From Bacteroidota bacterium (GTDB lineage Bacteria; Bacteroidota; Bacteroidia; Chitinophagales; Saprospiraceae), in NCBI GenBank assembly GCA_038528965.1, contig JBCBEC010000022.1, forward strand, positions 4,640 to 68,639: DNA of 64,000 bases, written 5' to 3'. The stretch's first letter is position 1. Each line of letters begins with the position of its first letter. The notes under the pieces are model-generated. The model searched no databases. It was not told the origin of the DNA and saw only the letters and a program-made list of their open reading frames with translations. Positions 60,416 through 64,000 of this stretch are shown one piece after another. The position numbers and the translations under genes are program-made.

Positions 60416-60952
60416 ATGACTAAGCAGAAAAATACATCCACCGACACTTACCAAATATATGTAGCCTCTCTCTCCGATTACAATGCAGGCATCCTTCACG
60501 GCGAATGGATAGAACTTGAAGGCCTCAACACAGATGAAATCCAGGAAGAGATTAACCAAATTCTCCAATCCAGCCCATACGCCAAGCAGTACGGCGAAGC
60601 AGCCGAAGAATGGGCGATACACGACTTTGAACTTGGCGGTATCCGCATCTCTGAATATGAAAGTCTAGACACGATTGTCAGCATAGTAGAAGCACTCACC
60701 GAGCACGGTGAAGCCTTTGCGATCTATTACAACAATGTAGATGACCTGGAATTTGCCAATACCCACTTTGCAGATGCCTACGCAGGTGAATACGATTCTT
60801 TTCTAGACTATGCTACCGAGACCTTTGACGAACTCTACGCCCACTCCATTCCAGAAGGCTTACGTATTTACATTGACTATGCTGCCTTTGCCCGCGACCT
60901 GGATGCTGAAGGGTACTTCCTTGAAGATGGTTATGTCTTCCGTCCTGTTTAG
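60416..60952 (+). CDS. ardA: Antirestriction protein ArdA
   Basis: 'YQIYVASLSDYNAGILHGEWIEL...EEWAIHDFELGG' matches the ArdA signature (YVasLadYNnG.lhG.Wi.l ... EEw.ihDyE). Highly acidic. The internal Met at 60416 is taken as the start. Confidence 0.7.
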   Translation: MTKQKNTSTDTYQIYVASLSDYNAGILHGEWIELEGLNTDEIQEEINQILQSSPYAKQYGEAAEEWAIHDFELGGIRISEYESLDTIVSIVEALTEHGEAFAIYYNNVDDLEFANTHFADAYAGEYDSFLDYATETFDELYAHSIPEGLRIYIDYAAFARDLDAEGYFLEDGYVFRPV

Positions 60953-60990
60953 GGCGGTTATTCCTTCTGAGTCGTAACTTCTACAGAAAA

Positions 60991-61023
60991 TCGTTCGCCT
61001 TCTGATGACCAGAAGGCGAACGA
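60991..61023. repeat. 14-bp perfect-stem hairpin (copy 1 of a repeated hairpin element); bidirectional terminator candidate
   Basis: 'tcgttcgccttctg-atgac-cagaaggcgaacga', between the convergent ardA and ORF 61093..61833. A degenerate second copy lies at 61884-61912. Confidence 0.5.
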
Positions 61024-61092
61024 AAGCCAAAAGGTCAGCTTTCTTAGCAGTGGAAAGAGGCAGCCCATCGATAATGATTTGAATGGGGAGTG

Positions 61093-61833
61093 TTATCGAA
61101 TTACCTCTAATGTTTCCTCTAACATTTGTTTTTCACCTGTAACCTTACGGATTGCATATTTCCAGCCTATTTCAGTTGTTTTTTTATAAACTGTTGTTGA
61201 TCTGTACTGCATGGGATATTCAAGTTCTCCGTAGTCTCTATTGACCTCTCTTAAATCATCAAATCTATCATCACGATACTGATCTTCTTTGACAGTTTCC
61301 CAGGATAATAGCTTGTACGGCCCCTCTCTACTTATACCCTCTTTAAGGCTGTAAGCTAACGATGAGAGGTATGCGTTTTTATACTTTTCAAATTCCTCAA
61401 GAGATTTTTTCTTCCACCGTGATGCGTTTACAGTTTCATCGAAAGAGTAGTAAATCAGTGCAATTAAAGCTGAAGTCTCAATAGCTTTTAGCCATGCAGA
61501 ATCTGAAAACTTGACTCTTTTTTCATCCGAGAATATTAGCCAGCCTTCAACATATTTCTTTTCTTTATATGCAAGAAGTATGTTATGCGCATCTCTCAGA
61601 TGTCCTAGTCCGCTCCTTAGTTCGTGGTTCGGGCTTCTACTATTTAGTACGGCTTCAAAAGCTTGTTCGGCAGATTTAAGATGGGATTTTGCTATGTCAT
61701 AGTAAACTTGCTCTATTTCGTCCTTTAAATTACGAGTAAATGTGAAGAGTACTTTGTAAAGAGTTACTCCCCCTTTGAGCATGCTGTATGTTTCAACTAG
61801 AGGCATTTTTTTCTTTAAAAGAACGTAGAACAA
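61093..61833 (-). CDS. Hypothetical protein
   Basis: ORF flanked by the two hairpin repeat copies. No family assignable. Confidence 0.4.
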   Translation of the reverse strand: MFYVLLKKKMPLVETYSMLKGGVTLYKVLFTFTRNLKDEIEQVYYDIAKSHLKSAEQAFEAVLNSRSPNHELRSGLGHLRDAHNILLAYKEKKYVEGWLIFSDEKRVKFSDSAWLKAIETSALIALIYYSFDETVNASRWKKKSLEEFEKYKNAYLSSLAYSLKEGISREGPYKLLSWETVKEDQYRDDRFDDLREVNRDYGELEYPMQYRSTTVYKKTTEIGWKYAIRKVTGEKQMLEETLEVIR

Positions 61834-61883
61834 ACCAATTCACATGGGGAATTCGATAGAACTTTGGTATACGTAGACTAACT

Positions 61884-61912
61884 GTTCGCCTTCCGGTGGC
61901 CAGAAAGCGAAC
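61884..61912. repeat. Hairpin element copy 2 (degenerate)
   Basis: 'gttcgccttccgg-tgg-ccagaaagcgaac', pairing 11 of 13 stem positions (C:A mismatches at 61890:61906 and 61894:61902), and followed by 'gaaaacac'. Compare 'gaaagcc' after copy 1. Same orientation as copy 1. Confidence 0.4.
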
Positions 61913-62170
61913 GAAAACACACTAAATCCTTCAATTCGCTAGAACTTCAAATCGATTTCACTCAGATTCCTTCGTATTACATACGAAATGCGAACAGTCA
62001 TTATGCGTGTGGTAAATGGGTTTTCTGCGTCCACCAAAACGACCGTTTTCTCGAACACTATCTCCCCAACCTCCATTTTCCACTTTTTCTTTCAATAGCC
62101 GTACAAAAAACTGGTCTACTAAATCAAAGTATGATAAAGCCGATAGTGAACCCTTTTAGGAGACGCTATA

Positions 62171-62728
62171 GTGAAAATCGGATATGCAAGAGTAAGTACC
62201 AAAGACCAAAACCTCTCTTTACAGAAAGATGCGCTCCAAAAAGAAGGCTGCGAACTCATCTTTGAAGAAAAAGCGAGTGGGACCAAATCCGACCGACCGG
62301 AATTGCGCCGAATGATCGACCAACTCCGCAAAGGTGATCTGATTATTATTTGGAAACTGGATAGACTTGGGAGGTCACTTCGTGATTTAGTCAACCTCGT
62401 GACCGAAATACAAGATAAAGGAGCAGGGCTAAAATCGCTCAATGACTCCATTGATACCACTACGCCACAAGGCAAGCTGACCTTTCATCTATTCGCGGCA
62501 CTAGCCGAATTCGAGCGAGATATTATCAGTGAGCGGACCAAGGCAGGATTAGAAGCGGCTCGTGCCCGTGGGCGAAAAGGTGGTCGTCCAAAAGGGCTTT
62601 CAAAGGAGGCACAGGATAAGGTGATCATTGCTAAATCACTCTACGCACAGCAAGAAATGTCTGTGACGGAGATTTGTCGGTATTTAGGTATTGTACGGAG
62701 CACATTTTATAAATACCTACGCAGCTAG
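62171..62728 (+). CDS. Small serine recombinase (resolvase/invertase, Hin/Gin-like)
   Basis: GTG start after 'taggag'. 'KIGYARVSTKDQNLSLQ' carries the catalytic Ser. 'LIIWKLDRLGRSLRDL' and a C-terminal HTH 'VTEICRYLGIVRSTFYKYL' complete the pattern. Confidence 0.85.
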   Translation: MKIGYARVSTKDQNLSLQKDALQKEGCELIFEEKASGTKSDRPELRRMIDQLRKGDLIIIWKLDRLGRSLRDLVNLVTEIQDKGAGLKSLNDSIDTTTPQGKLTFHLFAALAEFERDIISERTKAGLEAARARGRKGGRPKGLSKEAQDKVIIAKSLYAQQEMSVTEICRYLGIVRSTFYKYLRS

Positions 62729-62789
62729 ACTTACTTCCAATTTTACAGTTGATTCGGTTAATCGGTAGTACTTCTCTGCTGGGCATGCA

Positions 62790-63632
62790 TCATGCATCAG
62801 TTTTCGCGCATTCCTCAAACTGAGCCATCTGCTCTCTGAATACATCCACTAATAATACGTTGACTACTAAGTAAAATTTCGCAATCGCATCCAGATCATT
62901 CGCAACGCGTCGTTGCTGCCGTTTGATCTTGTCAGAAACATCGCCTTCCAGGTGCTCACGATATACTTCCGTTTTTGCTTCTTCTGATGGTAGGTAGTCA
63001 AGTATTTCCAATTGGGCTTTAACACTAAGCAGGTCTTCATCTACGAAATCTCCTTTATGCGCAATCGCATTTCGTACCGTACGAGCCTTGCTTAGCCTTT
63101 CATAAAAGTCGGCTAGTAAGTCTAATATTTTGGTGCCTTCTAACACTGGTGACCTCTTGACTTGATTATAAAACACCTTGTCTCCTGGTTCAGCGATGCG
63201 GTGGACAAGTTGAACCAAATCCACAACCTGGTCAAATAAAAGCGTGAGTCGTAAGAAATGATTTTCGATATGATATTGTAAGTAGTCTGGATAGTGGATG
63301 TCCGTACGTTCCCGATAACTAGGGTCTGGGACTTCTTCTAGGAATTTTCCTACTAACTCAAATTGGCGCAGGGTCTTCATAATAGCGTCATGCCGGCGGA
63401 ATAGAGCAAGTACGTACTGGTCCTTTTCAGATAGGGGTTCCCGTGTAGTGAAGCCTTTACCTTTGGACCTCGGTTGAATCCCACGGGCAGCAAACACCTG
63501 GCCTAGTTCTTTTTGAACTACTTTATGAAGTAAATCTGAGTCGAGAGGCGTGGATTCGCTATTCATGGTTGGTGTTGTCTTGTCTGATGGTTGTAACTTT
63601 TTCCACTTATGAAAAGGCTTAGCGCCACCCAT
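62790..63632 (-). CDS. HEPN-motif (Rx4H) Abi-like hypothetical protein adjacent to type I R-M
   Basis: 'TVRNAIAHKGDF' contains the R-x4-H HEPN signature. Abi/HEPN genes are commonly embedded in hsd loci. The start could be the internal Met at 63566. Confidence 0.4.
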   Translation of the reverse strand: MGGAKPFHKWKKLQPSDKTTPTMNSESTPLDSDLLHKVVQKELGQVFAARGIQPRSKGKGFTTREPLSEKDQYVLALFRRHDAIMKTLRQFELVGKFLEEVPDPSYRERTDIHYPDYLQYHIENHFLRLTLLFDQVVDLVQLVHRIAEPGDKVFYNQVKRSPVLEGTKILDLLADFYERLSKARTVRNAIAHKGDFVDEDLLSVKAQLEILDYLPSEEAKTEVYREHLEGDVSDKIKRQQRRVANDLDAIAKFYLVVNVLLVDVFREQMAQFEECAKTDA

Positions 63633-63764
63633 TAGTTCCCATTCAAGTATTTATCATCAATCAAGGTGGAAGTTGAGCATAAATTCCTAACTTTCCATTC
63701 ACCGCTTCGTAAAAGGAAGCATTAGCTTTAATTTTCATAGTCGCTCAAATAGCTCAACCAACAT

Positions 63765-64000
63765 ATGGATCACAGCCAGCATAACCAGATTGTCAACTTT
63801 ATCTGGTCAATTGCCGATGATGTTTTACGGGATGTCTACACGCGGGGCAAATACCGCGATATTATTCTGCCCTTTACCGTCTTGCGTAGGCTAGACGCGC
63901 TACTCGAAGACACCAAAGACAAGGTACTTGAGACGAATGAGAAGCTCGAAGAGCTGAACATTGACAATCGCGGCCCACAATTGCGCCGGGCTTCAGGCTA
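63765..64000 (+). CDS. hsdM: Type I restriction-modification methyltransferase subunit (HsdM), 3'-truncated by window end
   Basis: 'NQIVNFIWSIADDVLRDVYTRGKYRDIILPFTVLRRLDALLE' is the HsdM N-terminal domain signature. Confidence 0.7.
   Translation, partial: MDHSQHNQIVNFIWSIADDVLRDVYTRGKYRDIILPFTVLRRLDALLEDTKDKVLETNEKLEELNIDNRGPQLRRASG

Larger units (their letters stand above)
22945..64000. mobile_element. Integrated mobile/genomic island (ICE- or IME-like) inserted 3' of tRNA-Arg. Cargo is 23.7-45.2 kb and the mobility/defence backbone is 45.2-64 kb. The island continues past the window end.
   Basis: It begins right after a tRNA. Composition shifts to AT-rich DNA. The co-directional cargo is followed by an HTH excisionase-like gene, RepA with iterons, primase, SSB, MobF relaxase, T4CP-like ATPase, ArdA, serine recombinase, HEPN and hsdM. 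No integrase is seen inside the window. Confidence 0.55.

Noticed and set aside
62119-62475. Minus-strand 118-aa ORF overlapping the serine-recombinase gene
   Set aside because: The recombinase has unambiguous catalytic and HTH motifs. The antisense ORF is spurious.
22945-64000. Looked for a CRISPR array, IS transposase or tyrosine integrase near the tRNA or elsewhere
   Set aside because: No regularly spaced direct repeats, no DDE or tyrosine-recombinase motifs (R..H..R..Y) in any ORF. Only the small serine recombinase at 62171 was found.

Overview
The window is Bacteroidetes-like chromosome (gene content suggests the Saprospiraceae/Cytophagia type) with two distinct parts.

Positions 1-22.8 kb are ordinary core genome:
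- a T9SS/gliding-motility C-terminal-domain adhesin fragment
- rplS (ribosomal protein L19)
- a 1009-aa secreted coiled-coil protein rich in Ala/Glu/Gln/Arg
- an OmpR-type two-component pair
- an HU-like/SPOR protein
- a pullulanase lipoprotein
- a small polysaccharide-modification cluster (AsnB-like amidotransferase, Wzx-like flippase, sulfotransferase-like protein, SAM methyltransferase)
- a propeller/Y_Y_Y LytS-type histidine kinase with a LytTR response regulator

A tRNA-Arg(CCG) gene lies at 22873-22944. Immediately 3' of it the DNA becomes visibly AT-richer and strictly co-directional. This looks like a large integrated mobile/genomic island that runs past the window end.

The island cargo (23.7-45.2 kb) is a dense + strand array that looks like an NTP-dependent conflict or programmed-cell-death system:
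- three caspase-like (peptidase C14 His/Cys dyad) proteins; one is fused to a GUN4-like domain and one to a STAND-type NTPase plus WD40 repeats (1404 aa)
- an embedded TPR-sensor histidine kinase with a LuxR-type regulator
- a membrane protein with about 6 tandem SPFH-like repeat units and a flotillin-like coiled-coil tail
- a DUF4407-like membrane coiled-coil protein
- a bacterial dynamin-like GTPase
- a zinc-ribbon/vWA protein, a PP2C-like phosphatase and a Ser/Thr-kinase-like protein, translationally coupled by ATGA and 20-nt overlaps

The island backbone (45.2-64 kb) carries mobility functions:
- an HTH excisionase-like protein
- a RepA-family initiator with upstream iterons
- a toprim primase and an SSB-like protein
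- a MobF/TrwC relaxase-helicase
- a VirD4-like coupling ATPase
- ArdA antirestriction, a small serine recombinase, a HEPN-like protein and the start of a type I R-M hsdM

No CRISPR array or rRNA is present. All functional calls rest on motif-level reading of the translations without database searches and need HMM and structure confirmation.
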